From Macrostomum lignano (Eukaryota), in the NCBI GenBank assembly GCA_002269645.1, contig NIVC01000627.1:1-21941 (forward strand): 21,941 nucleotides of DNA. The letters run 5' to 3'. The translations under genes were made by a program, and so were the position numbers. The first letter of the stretch is position 1. Each line of letters starts with the position of its first letter. Shown here in pieces: positions 1-13,688 of the stretch. The notes under the pieces are model-generated. The model saw nothing but the letters and a program-made list of their open reading frames with translations. It did not search any database and was not told the origin of the DNA.

Positions 1-369
1 GACTCGAGCTTGTGAAGACTCGAGCTTGTGAAGACTCGAGCTTGTGAAGACTCGAGCTTGTGAAGACTCGAGCTTGTGAAGACTCGAGCTTGTGAAGACT
101 CGAGCTTGTGAAGACTCGAGCTTGTGAAGACTCGAGCTTGTGAAGACTCGAGCTTGTGAAGACTCGAGCTTGTGAAGACTCGAGCTTGTGAAGACTCGAG
201 CTTGTGAAGACTCGAGCTTGTGAAGACTCGAGCTTGTGAAGACTCGAGCTTGTGAAGACTCGAGCTTGTGAAGACTCGAGCTTGTGAAGACTCGAGCTTG
301 TGAAGACTCGAGCTTGTGAAGACTCGAGCTTGTGAGGATTCGAGCTTGTGAAGACTCGAGCTTTGTGAA
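1..369. repeat. 16-bp tandem minisatellite (GACTCGAGCTTGTGAA)n, ~23 copies, truncated by the window edge
   Basis: GACT recurs at 1, 17, 33, 49 ... 241. The array is near-perfect, with an XhoI site in almost every unit, and degenerates at 330-369. It lies in the inferred CASK intron 3. Confidence 0.98.
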
Positions 370-1060
370 ACGGTCCCAGGCTGTTTATCTAGCTACCTTT
401 TTTGATCGAGGCATTTGGCGGCCAGTTAGCTACTAGAAGAAGATTTCTTATCTCGGAGTCAGCTGGAAGGAACGGGTGCGGCAAGTGCGACAGAAAATCC
501 TCGCTCCCATCTCCCCTCTTCTGGCCGCTCAAGATCCCCCAGATCAGTCGCGCCGCCGCCTTCAGCCCTATAGCGACACAGTCTGATTGCTTCTAGGGGA
601 GATTGGGAAAAGGATGACGCCAGCCCGCTCGCACAGCAATGGATGGGGGAATAAAATCCCAGATTCCAACTAACTCCCAAACTCCCCAACCTCCCCCGGC
701 CCCTACTCAACTCTCGGAGAATTGTAGATACCAAGCGCGGACGCACCCTGCTCAAATTCAGACTATCTCCGCTGAGCTGCCCCTCCCTCCTTTCCCACTC
801 TCCCCCTTCCAAAGCTTTCTCCCGACTCTCAGTGTCCATTCTCAAACAGTCTCTGGGAGCTTAATTATGCATGGCCAAACACGCGAACGAAAATCGCTTG
901 GAGCAGCGGAGGGGGAGAGGGAAGGAAAGGGGCATCTTTTTGGAGGGGCCGGGCGAGCTGCGTGTAGCATAAGTAGGTACGTAAAATAGGGATTTTTTAA
1001 AAAAGAACCTGCCCGGCCGTCCGCGTCTAAGACTTGGCCGGGGCGGGGCTGAGAAAAGGC

Positions 1061-1084
1061 GGACGGACGGACGGACGGACGGAC
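1061..1084. repeat. (GGAC)6 microsatellite
   Basis: Read directly from the sequence. Confidence 0.9.
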
Positions 1085-1171
1085 CGAAGAGGCGGGTGGA
1101 TGGATGAGGGACAGGTTGGCCGCCAATACTGATACTTACTTTATACTTACTCTTACTAATGCAGAGTGTTA

Positions 1172-1233
1172 TGCATAATAAAGGATTTTGAAATGCACTG
1201 ACTGCATAATAAAGGATTTTTGAAATGCACTGA
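1172..1233. repeat. Two-copy ~30-bp tandem duplication (TGCATAATAAAGGATTTTGAAATGCACTGA)
   Basis: Copies start at 1172 and 1203 and differ by one T. Confidence 0.9.
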
Positions 1234-1471
1234 AATTTAGGGTTTGGGAAATACCAGCTGCAATATAAGAGCTTAGAGATTCCTATCGCCTTCAAGCTGA
1301 GACAGCCGTCAGTATTATTTTATCACACTAGAATATTTCACCGGTTTGGTCATGCAGAGTCGAAAAGACGAACCAGAAAAGATGGACCCATATTATTAGA
1401 TGGGTCATCATGCAAATAACTTTGCGTGCACTGCTAAGACCTACTTGAAGTTAAAGTAGTACGAAGTTGAA

Positions 1472-2165
1472 ACAGGAAAGAGATGGAAGAGAAGAGGGGA
1501 GACGGGAGAGAGAGGAGGAGAGGAGAGAGGGGGAAGACAGTAGAGTGGGGGAAGACATTAGATTGGGGAAGAGAGTAGTGTGGAGAGGAGAGTAGTGATG
1601 AAGAGAGTAGAGTGGAAAAGAAGTGGAGAGTGAAGAAGAGAGGAGGGGGAAGAGAGTAGAGTGGGGAAGAGAGTAGAGTGGAGAGGACAGTAGTGGGGAA
1701 GAGAGGAGAGTAGTGGGGAAGAGAGGAGAGTAGTGGGGAAGAGAGGAGAGTAGTGGGGAAGAGAGGAGAGTAGTGGGGAAGAGAGTAGAGTGGGGAAGAG
1801 AGGAGAGTGGGGAAGAGAGGAGATTGGGGAAGAGAGGAGAGTGGGGAAGAGAGGAGAGTGGGGAAGAGAGGAGAGTGGGGAAGAGAGGAGAGTGGGGAAG
1901 AGAGGAGAGTGGGGAAGAGAGGAGAGTGGGAAGAGAGGAGAGTGGGGAAGAGAGGAGAGTGGGGAAGAGAGGAGAGTGGGGAAGAGAGGAGAGTGGGGAA
2001 GAGAGTAGAGTGGGAGAGTGGGGAAGAGAGTAGAGTGGGGGAAGAGAGTAGAGTGGCGGAAGGGAGTAAAGTGGGGAAGATGAGAGGAGGAAGAGAGGAG
2101 AGAGAGGAAGAGAGGAGAGTGGGGAAGAGAGGAGAGTGGGGAAGAGAGGAGAGTGGAGAGTGGGG
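1472..2165. repeat. Purine-rich minisatellite, core 17-mer AGTGGGGAAGAGAGGAG with 20-bp AGT-insertion variants and degenerate flanks
   Basis: AGTGGGG recurs at 1874, 1891 etc. (period 17). It explains the LSSLPHSP and GKRGEWGREE ORFs. Confidence 0.95.
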
Positions 2166-2786
2166 ACATAGAGAGTCCCGAGTAGACACTCACAGTCACC
2201 CGCCCCGCCCCAGGAGCATCGCAGTTGGTGAAACAAGAGAAAACAAATAAATAAAAAGCCATGATTATACTGTCACAGGCATAAAGACTTCTCGATAGGG
2301 CGAGAGTCGCTGACACACCTGATGCCGGTACAGAAACTGCGTCAGCAGCTGATTTTGCACTTTAACTGGCTGACTGTTCAACTGGGACGGTCCGACAGGC
2401 TGGAAGCAGAAGAGAGAAGCAGGCAGAGAAGGGGTCCAGCGGATGTGGGGAAAGATTGGCAGAAAAGAAAGACCTGGAGCAGAGGAAGGAAGCCTTCGCA
2501 CCTCAGCGGCCAACAATGCCATGAAAGGAGCAAACGTGGCCGGGAGTTCAGCTGAGAAGGAGCTCAAAATTAAGTTTGCTTTCATATAGCGACTGCCACA
2601 GAAAAATAGTAGAGTCTGAGGCCACGGATCAAGTCAACTGACAGGGCAAGTTTGCTCAGGCGTGCAGAATGCATTGCTAGAAGTTTTTCAGCAAAAATTG
2701 CCTTTCTGACAATTTGAATTTTTAGCGCTTCTTCCAGTGATGCAATATACAAAGCTGGGACTTTGTCAGAACTCTCTACCTATAAA

Positions 2787-3826
2787 ACCCTCCACCCCAT
2801 AGCACCCTCTATCCAATAGCACCCTACACCCCATAGCACCCTCCACCCCATAGCACCCTCTATCCAATAGCACCCTACACCCCACAGCACCCTACTCCCC
2901 ACAGCACCCTACTCCCCATAGCACCCTACTCCCCACAGCACCCTACACCCCACAGCACCCTACTCCCCATAGCACCCTACTCCCCATAGCACCCTACACC
3001 CCACAGCACCCTACTCCCCATAGCACCCTACTCCCCATAGCACCCTACTCCCCATAGCACCCTACTCCCCACAGCACCCTACTCCCCATAGCACCCTACT
3101 CCCCATAGCACCCTACACCCCACAGCACCCTACTCCCCGCAGCACCCTACTCCCCACAGCACCCTACTCCCCACAGCACCCTACACCCCACAGCACCCTA
3201 CTCCCCATAGCACCCTACTCCCCATAGCACCCTACACCCCACAGCACCCTACTCCCCATAGCACCCTACTCCCCATAGCACCCTACTCCCCACAGCACCC
3301 TACTCCCCATAGCACCCTACCTCTCATAGCACCCTCCACCCATAGCACAATCCACCTCATAGCACCCTACTCCCCACAGCACCCTACTCCCCACAGCACC
3401 CTACTCCCCGCAGCACCCTACTCCCCACAGCACCCTACTCCCCACAGCACCCTACTCCCCACAGCACCCTACTCCCCATAGCACCCTACTCCCCACAGCA
3501 CCCTACTTCGCACAGCACCCTACTTCGCACAGCACCCTACTCCCCACAGCACCCTACTCCCCACAGCACCCTACTCCCCACAGCACCCTACTCCCCACAG
3601 CACCCTTCTCCCCACAGCACCCTACTCCCCACAGCACCCTACTCCCCACAGCACCCTACTCCCCACAGCACCCTACTCCCCACAGCACCCTACTCCCCAC
3701 AGCACCCTACTCCCCACAGCACCCTACTCCCCACAGCACCCTACTCCCCACAGCACCCTACTCCCCACAGCACCCTACTCCCCACAGCACCCTACTCCCG
3801 GCAGCACCTTCAATCTCACAGCACCA
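2787..3826. repeat. 17-bp C-rich minisatellite (AGCACCCTACTCCCCAC/T)n, ~60 copies; G-quadruplex-prone on the minus strand
   Basis: AGCAC recurs at 3616, 3633 and 3650. The minus strand reads GTGGGGAGTAGGGTGCT, with two G>=3 runs per unit. Confidence 0.97.
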
Positions 3827-4543
3827 ACAACCCAAAGACGCGCTTCGCTCGTACTACCTGACCTGTTTTTCTACAATGTTAAGCATGAAAAAACGCAGAC
3901 TCACCGACAAGAGTGCATTTGCTTCAGTGACTCCATCAGTTTTTGCTTGTTAGAGCGGAGTTATAAAACTAACAGGCCATTCAGCTAATGGTCAAGTAGC
4001 AGGTCTTTTATTTACTTTCCTTACGCAGTCATCAACTCGACCACAGCAGTCTTATCTCAGTTTATTGGTTTCACTGTTTCTCTCTCATGACTGTATATGA
4101 GAGAGAGAGAAAACTATAAATATAATAAAAACCAATTAATCCATAGCAATATAGAATTAACTGCCCACGGATTCAAATTGAAAAAAGAGAATTATTTTCT
4201 TAGCCGAGAGCCGGGCAGCCGACCTGTCTCTGCTTGCGCTTTGGCCTGGTCTTCCAGCTACTGCCTGGCTAGAGTTGTTTAAAAGTTCATCGAATACTAA
4301 GCGTTGAAGCCCTGGTCCAATCAGAAACAGGCAAGCCGAACAGATTCATCAAGAAATTGTTGTTGCGCGATACTCTACTGTTTTTGAGAACTAATTCAGT
4401 AGAATGACGCGGATATTATAAAAAAACTCGGAAAAGGGTAATCATTTTGTCGAAAAATATTTCACCGTAAGACTAAGATAAATAAGAGCCCACAGGCACC
4501 ATGGCGTCTTCACTTAACACTAAGGAAAAGTAAAAAAAGGCTG

Positions 4544-4761
<218 letters not shown>

Positions 4762-6675
4762 TAACAATAAAGTACAAGCCTAATTGCGAGTGACATCCAA
4801 ATGTTCATGGCACACTTTCTGTTCAGCCGCTTTAAAACAACACAAATTTGAAAATGGCAGCCCAGCCGGAGGTCGATAAGTCGGAAAGAAGCAAGCGAAA
4901 AATCAACAACAGACTTGCAGTAGGGCGGCCGACAGCCTCCTACAGTGCGCTTCTCTTGGACAGAACAGAACAGCTGCCTACTATTAACCTTGGTCCCCAT
5001 GCGCACCGTCAATCTCGCCGAAAATTTCCAGAGACCAAATGAATAATTCAATTTTCTCCCTTATCCCAGGCTAACTAATAGCGTTCGTTAGTTAAAAAAC
5101 AAGTATATAATCCCCATGCTGGGAGAGGAAACGCGACCTTAGCACGCTGGGGAAAATTCGCTATTCGATCCCACTCCACCTTGGCTGTCGATCTGGGACG
5201 GATCGCGAAACGGGGATGGGGAATATTTTCCTCGCTAAGGATGGGGACACGGGGAAAAAACAGGGCAAGATTTTCTCCCCATCCCAAAAAGATTGAATCA
5301 ATGACTCGCAAGCCAGACTGCGGCGAACAGGAAGTGCGCGAGTCTATAACTCTACAGTCTACACCCTCCCCTGGGAGGCTCCGGCCTTGCTGGCTGGCAG
5401 CCAAGAGTGTAAAGGGCAAAAAAAGACTGACTGGCTAGCACCGACCCCGCTTCGAACGGCTGAATAGAAGGGAAAAGCAGAGGGTAGGGGCGGCGGGGAG
5501 GTCAGAGGGTGAGGCAGCCGGTTTAAACACGAGTGGTCCCGCTGCGCAGTAAAAGAGGCAAAAGTATTTCTCCTCCCCCCACAGTTTTTCAGTTTTACTT
5601 CTTTGCATTGGGAGCACACGCGCACACGGCCACATGCATATGTATGCGTCTGTGTGTGTGTGCACTCTACATGTATATACATGCGGGTAGATGGCCAAGG
5701 CCGCGGACAGGGACACACAGCCAGCCAGTCAGTCAATCTATATTCTCTCTCCCTCGCCCTCTCTCCATCCTGATGTGCGGCTGAAAACAACTCGGTTGGT
5801 GGACCGACTCGAGGCGGAAACGGCGAGAGGGAAGGGGGTGGTTTGGCTGACTGACTCCATCCTCAGCCGCCCCCATCCCCCTAGCAGCTACAGCTAGTCG
5901 CTAGGACTTCTCACAAGCCAGTACTGCTGGGATAGGAAAGGGATTGGTAAGGCTTCCCAACGGCCACCCCAACCCATCCTACTCAAGCCCTCATCTCGGT
6001 TTGTAGTTCTCCTCCAATATGGCTCTCTCCCATTTTCAGCATGGCACAGAGATGGAGAGAGCTCAGCAGCTTGCTAAAGCGTGTCATGCCATGCACCCGG
6101 CCAGTTCTTCCTTAGCCTCTCTCACAGCCTCCTATCCTAGACGGGACGGCTGAACTAACAGAAAAACCTCTCCACCCACTCTTCGACATTGAAATTTGAT
6201 AGACAGAGACTAGGAGAGTACGTGCCATGCGTAGGAGACAATGATGGGGGAGAGGGGCAGAGGCAGAACGACAAAGAAGGTCAGAGACCGCCGTCAGAGG
6301 TCTCACGACTCACTAATTTGCTCTCCATCTATTTGAGTCTTCTTCCACAGCAGGCAGTTTGGCATACAATAAGCAAGTAAATTTTACAACCTGGGCTCAT
6401 TCGCTAAGGTCTGAGGTAAACAAGTCGGTGGGTCTGAGCATGGCGAAAGAGCCCCGGCTCGGATTTGAGACGCTTGACTGCCGGCGCACAGAGACAGCAG
6501 CTTTGGAAGCTCAATTAAGCACCTGACTGCTCCCGCTGGTGCGCCCGTGCGGGATGGAATACGGAGACACTTATACTCGTACGAGGGGACAAACTTTTTG
6601 GGGGAAGGGATAGGGAAACAGAGGGAAAATGAGAAGGTGAGACTCGGCTGAGATCAGTGAGAACTCTGTGTACAT

Positions 6676-7237
<562 letters not shown>

Positions 7238-7255
7238 CAAAGACATCAGACTCAC

Positions 7256-7361
7256 TACTCGAACACCATGTAGAGCATGCCGTCCATACTGTAGGTCTCC
7301 AGCAGCTCAACAATGTGATTGTGCTTCAGCAGGTGGCAGATGCTCGCCTCGCGCTTGAGGT
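7256..7361 (-). CDS. CASK: CASK coding exon 3 (CaMK-like domain): (D)[34 protein letters not shown](Y)
   Basis: Acceptor tttcaacag, donor TA|gtgagt, 106 bp. The peptide is nearly identical to [39 protein letters not shown], and the phase is compatible with exon 2. Confidence 0.96.
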
Positions 7362-7452
7362 CTGTTGAAAATAAAAGAAACAAAGCGAGTTACTAAAGAA
7401 TCACCTGCTAAACTAATTCATACTGCTCTAGCTAGCAATAGCTTAAACTCAC

Positions 7453-7565
7453 CCTCCATGGTGAGGCCCGGGCTCGAAGCAAATTTTGTAACATCGACAA
7501 TTTTCACAGCGAACAACTTCTGCGTCTGCTTGTGAACGCACTTGCGTACAACGCTGAAGGGACCC
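7453..7565 (-). CDS. CASK: CASK coding exon 2: (K)[37 protein letters not shown](D)
   Basis: Acceptor cacag, donor G|gtgagt, 113 bp. It has the CASK-specific GPFS glycine loop and the AVKIVDVxKFxSSPGL motif. Confidence 0.97.
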
Positions 7566-8931
7566 CTGTGGTATGGATGGTTGCATTTTGCAGTTTGTTT
7601 TACCACTTAATTAGAGTGAATAAAATTCAGGAACTGCAACCAAGGAGGGATTAAACTGCAATGGATAGCTATCCAAGGTAGGTCAAGGGCGTCAAGCCAT
7701 TTTTTCTACGTGTACAAGTATAAATGAGGTGTATATTGCATAATCACAAGTATTTCACAAAAACTGGTATAATAGCATAATATGAGCTATCTTATCAAAA
7801 CAGAAATACATTTTGCATGCCTGTAACTATTTGGATATTGCAACAACAGTGTGGTTAAAGCACTGACAGATAGTTTCTCCACATCTTGTCATTAGGAATT
7901 TATCTTACCAAAAAAGTTACAAAGTAAAAATTTAAATCTTAATAAATTACTATTCTTTATTTTTGATCATACAAAAACTGAAAATTGTCATTTGCAACTG
8001 AATTATTGAAATTAGAACAATTTTAGATAGCAATTTCCAAAGTCTCATTATTTGGTATAATTGAAAGTATTGACAATGTTACACTAAAATTGACTCAAAT
8101 CCTATATACTAAAAATTGTCTGTGTGATCAATTTTAGAAAAAAAACAGCTTGATGGATTTTCATGAGACATCCACTGTTTGATCAGACATTTTGTGATCT
8201 ACTAGATCTACTAGAAATAGTTATTGAATAAAAAAGGCACTAGTCTCTGAACAGTAAATAGGTACACCATATGAAACAATTTTTGTGACAAATATATCTA
8301 GATAAAAATATGGATGCAGAAAAGAAACTAGAAATTTAAAACACAGGGAAACAATTATTTTCAGATGGTTTACTGGGACTTATTTATTATATTCTATAAA
8401 TCGGACATTACCACTATAAACTTAAAATTTATAATACTATAATACTAAAATGTAGCAAGTCTGAAAGTCATGAATGATCAAATAAATGAAATGAATATTT
8501 AATAATTGTACAAAAGCACACGACAATATTTAGTGCATATAATTAGTGATAAGGGATAAAAAATATTGTTTTTTAGATTATTGAGACTTAAGATTAGCTA
8601 GGCCTATGTCAAGATAATTGGATTTCAATCAAAATTTGAGACTCAGACATAAAACTGGCGTAGAACTACAAGTCTACATTATGTTAAAAAGTATTTAATT
8701 TTTGAATAATGCACTAGTATTTTTAGTTAGTTTAGGAACTCGAACCACTACAAAACTGGATGATTTCTTTTAGACCTCAATATCATGATTAATGTCTCAT
8801 CCGAGCCCTGGTAACTAAATAAACGTCAACGAAAATAGTCATTGATCAGTGGTAAAGAACGACTTGTCCTAAAAAACATGTGAGTAATTTGGGAAAGTTT
8901 TTTGTAAAACACACATAGAAAATATACTCAC

Positions 8932-9005
8932 TTGCCAATAACTTCCAGCAACTGATATGTATCATCAAAAAGAATGTCTTGACCTATTTCTTGATCTTCC
9001 GTCAT
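8932..9005 (-). CDS. CASK: CASK coding exon 1: MTEDQEIGQDILFDDTYQLLEVIG(K)
   Basis: ATG at 9005-9003 and donor AA|gtgagt (74 bp, phase 2), joining exon 2 to give IGKGPFS. It matches the CASK N-terminus LFEDVYELCEVIGK. It is not in the ORF track. Confidence 0.93.
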
Positions 9006-10141
9006 GGTTCTATTGCGCAGTTTTGCTTTTGGTTTTGTAGCCGATCGCTTTTAAAACTTATAATGCTCCTTCTTCAGAACTAAAATTTCAGCACTGAGTT
9101 TTAATCATTATTCCCAACGTTTTGTCAATTAAAATAAAAACTGTAAATTTTGAAAGAAATACTCGAAATCATCTGGTATGGGATATAGACTTAATCCAAC
9201 TGTGTCGTCGACTTCATTTCTTTGAAGAGTCGTAGAAAACAAAAGAAAAAGAATTGTAAATTTTGAATAATCACGCTCTCTTTTGCTTTTTACAAAAAGT
9301 CAAAATAAAGTTTTTAATTTGAATTTACTAACTTTTTCTAGATTTTAGCGTAACGTATAAACACTTACAATAAGTTTTGTTTTATTGGCTTTTATTTACC
9401 GTTTAGGGAAGACAATTTCCGACGCATAAAATTTTCTAAATGAAATAAATGGCGGATTAGAAAACAAAAATCGCATAATAGAAACATGCGAACTATATTT
9501 GCAATTTTGTGCTCGTGTATGTATTATGCTTTATGCTAATTGTATAATTCCAGTTTATATACACCAGTTTTGTCGTCATTTCCACGGTCAAAAGTACGTT
9601 CTTCAAGTTACATTGTAGTGATTTGCAAATGTTACTCGTACTTCCTAGCTGATCTACACTTGAAAAATCGAAGTAAGTGATTACATAATTAATTAAGGTA
9701 TACATAAGGTCGACATGTAATAGTTACAAACTCGATCTGCAACACATACTAAAAGAACTTCATAGAATCTACTGTACATGTACGTATGGTGCTTGGCGGC
9801 CGACATAATTTTGAAATTTTCTACCCCTTTTTCATATACTTTTCCTTCATGTATCTCTTCCTCTTTTCAATTTACTGTACTGTTTTTGTATTAAGTTAGC
9901 GCGAATTCCGGTCGCCCGTGTATTAAGATTTTGTCAAAGGACGACTAGAATACACATTGTCTAGCTATAGTTGTAATATAGTCCTTTTGAATTTTGTGTC
10001 TCGATCTCGTGTTATGCTGAGCAACAAAGCCGGAGCTGAGCACACGAGTCAAAAATTTAAATTTCGTTCGTGATTCCTAATCTACGACTTTTTATGCTCT
10101 TTTTCCATTTTCATTTACTTTTGAGACTCATTTTCTCTGTG

Positions 10142-10147
10142 TTTATT
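10142..10147 (-). terminator. Candidate AATAAA polyadenylation signal of the tetraspanin gene
   Basis: TTTATT on the plus strand, ~300 nt past the inferred stop at 10450. Such hexamers are common in AT-rich DNA. Confidence 0.25.
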
Positions 10148-10449
10148 TAAAATGAGTTAAAAATGCTTCTGTTTCTGTGTTCTGCGTCAAAGCACTCGAT
10201 CAAGCACTCAGTACAAGCTAAATTGTTAAAATTAATGAAGCGAAAAAGTGCTTTGTTTAAATACGTTTGGCGGTAAATCAAAGAAGATTTGCAAATGTTT
10301 TATAAAAAAAACCTGCTGGCAACACGGTTTTTATGTCCTTTTTCACGCCAAGGTTCTCAAATCCATGTTTTAGAAAAAAGGGTAGAAAAAGTTTCAATGA
10401 ACTTAAAAAAGTACCAAAATGATTTCGATGCAAAACATATTAAATAAAT

Positions 10450-10653
10450 TTAGACAGCTGGTTTCTGATTTAGTTTTATGTCAGTCAAAGAAATATTTAA
10501 AGATTTGAAATCGACTGTCTGTTTGGCCCGCCGCACAGTTGATGAAGGTGGCAGCTGGATGACTAGTCGAAAAGGAAAATCCATAGAGCGCAGCCGATCC
10601 CGCCGCCCTAAGTGCAGAATGTACATGAGGGGTGCACGTGAATTGATTTCAAA
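10450..10653 (-). CDS. Tetraspanin putative terminal exon 6: FEINSRAPLMYILHLG...KLNQKPAV*
   Basis: Acceptor attttgtatcag after a 102-bp intron, phase 0, placing a tetraspanin-like TM4 Glu (IM|FE). The residues after FEI are less hydrophobic than expected, so this exon is uncertain. Confidence 0.55.
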   Translation of the reverse strand, partial: FEINSRAPLMYILHLGRRDRLRSMDFPFRLVIQLPPSSTVRRAKQTVDFKSLNISLTDIKLNQKPAV

Positions 10654-10755
10654 CTGATACAAAATAATTGAAAATTTAAGCGAGCCCGCTAAAGCTGGTA
10701 AATGTGCATTATTCGAATGGGAGATCAATCAAGTTTTGTATACAACATTACTCAC

Positions 10756-10839
10756 CATGATGGCAGCTAGGATAGTTCCAACTGTAACCACGATTTTCTG
10801 ATACGATGAAATGTAGTCCAACAGGGCATCGTAGCAAAT
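10756..10839 (-). CDS. Tetraspanin exon 5: ICYDALLDYISSYQKIVVTVGTILAAIM (last EC2 Cys plus start of TM4)
   Basis: Acceptor cttattttcag, donor ATG|gtgagt, 84 bp, phase 0. xC-Y followed by a helix and a hydrophobic segment matches the tetraspanin GC...TM4 region. Confidence 0.9.
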
Positions 10840-10880
10840 CTGAAAATAAGGCATTAAGCATCAATGAAAAACAAATAAAA

Positions 10881-11730
<850 letters not shown>

Positions 11731-11750
11731 CTTCTCTGATGATGGCCAAC

Positions 11751-12125
11751 CTTGTCATTGACTGCGTCATTCTTAGCGGTGAAGGGACACGACGGGTCCT
11801 CCATTAGCTTGGTTATGTCCTTCGTATCGAACTTGCCCTTCATCAGGCCCTCCGGGTTGGACAGCTTGCAGCAAGTGAGAGGCGTCTTGATTGTCAGCGC
11901 AGAACTGAACAGTGACAGCAAGGATTCCTTGGTGAAGTTTTTCATTTTGGTCAGGTTGGCCAGCGAGTCTTTAAAGTCGGGCGGCAGGCTGAACGAAGCA
12001 GGCAAGGAGGCTGGCACAGTGGCGCCCTTCGGCAGTTCCGCGATGCCGGCCGGCAACTGTTTTTTTAGCCAGTTCGGGATGTTTTTGCCACCAACTTCCG
12101 CTGCGACATCGTCGGCTAAAGTGCC
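11751..12125 (-). CDS. Tetraspanin exon 4: GTLADDVAAEVGGKNIPNW...TIKTPLTCCKLSN...PSCPFTAKNDAVNDK
   Basis: Acceptor caattcttag, donor AAG|gttggc, 375 bp open, phase 0, with GC-rich codons. It carries the PxxCC motif (PLTCC). Confidence 0.9.
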
Positions 12126-12183
12126 CTAAGAATTGATATGAAATCATCATCAGCCGCTAGCTCTATCCTTATTTTATTATCTT

Positions 12184-13189
<1,006 letters not shown>

Positions 13190-13193
13190 TCAC

Positions 13194-13340
13194 CGGCTTC
13201 ATGAGTGGCTCATCGCCCATAGACGGCAGCGCAGACTTCCCGCCCAGCTGCTTATTCAGCTCAGTCAGGCGGCGCTCAGACGTCAGCCAGGAGTCGCTGG
13301 AGCGAACGTCGCCAATCTTCTCCACTCCGCAGCACTTCAG
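13194..13340 (-). CDS. Tetraspanin exon 3: LKCCGVEKIGDVRSSDSW...DEPLMKP
   Basis: Acceptor ctcatttcag, donor CCG|gtgagg, 147 bp, phase 0. It contains the hallmark CCG motif (MQVG|LKCCG). Confidence 0.94.
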
Positions 13341-13436
13341 CTGAAATGAGAAGAATTTCGAGAAGAAGAATGCTTTTTCGAGAAATTTTTGCCATTTTGT
13401 CGAGAAAATTTTGTCATGGAATATGTTGAAGCTCAC

Positions 13437-13643
13437 CCCAACTTGCATGAAGTTAAAGGCCACCGTCATGATGGCCAGAGTCGTGTCCGGCTTCTGTATG
13501 ACGCTTATGAGCGAGATAAAGTACGAATCCCTAAGCGCCCTCATCTTTATCAAAATAGCCTCGTCCATTCTCGCCTTCAGCGAGCCAAAGTAGATGATGC
13601 CAATAACCAGGGCCACCAGCATCACGCCCGTCACTATCATATA
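13437..13643 (-). CDS. Tetraspanin exon 2: YMIVTGVMLVALVIGIIYFG...AFNFMQVG (TM3 plus EC2 helices)
   Basis: Acceptor cccactcgcag, donor GGG|gtgagc, 207 bp, phase 0, followed by a 96-bp intron (13341-13436). Confidence 0.93.
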
Positions 13644-13688
13644 CTGCGAGTGGGGGCGTTTAGAAAATAGTAGTACTTTAACGTCATA

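Noticed and set aside
1-369. CRISPR-like or synthetic linker concatemer (XhoI sites)
   Set aside because: There are no spacers, and it degenerates gradually into the flank like a natural minisatellite. Its 16-bp period and GTGAAG resemblance to the 32-mer are too weak to claim homology.
1381-1440. Hairpin GATG(G)ACCCAT...ATGGGTCATC as a Helitron 3' end
   Set aside because: The stem is bulged, there is no CTRR at the usual distance, and I found no identifiable 5' end.
1434-2316. LSSLPHSP and GKRGEWGREE ORFs
   Set aside because: They are translations of the 17-bp purine repeat.
3906-3950. Minus-strand segment ending in a gtgagt donor, reading QKLMESLKQMHSC (faintly like a kinase alpha-E helix)
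   Set aside because: It does not match the CASK exon 4 or 5 sequence or phase, lacks HRD context, and has a weak acceptor.
5430-5470. T-arm/B-box-like GTTCGAAGC or a CASK micro-exon on minus
   Set aside because: There is no A box, and in the phase required by CASK exon 3 it hits a TAG stop.
5620-5690. Alternating purine-pyrimidine tract and 14-bp palindrome CATGTATATACATG (5670-5683)
   Set aside because: It is short low-complexity sequence of the kind expected in this repeat-rich genome.
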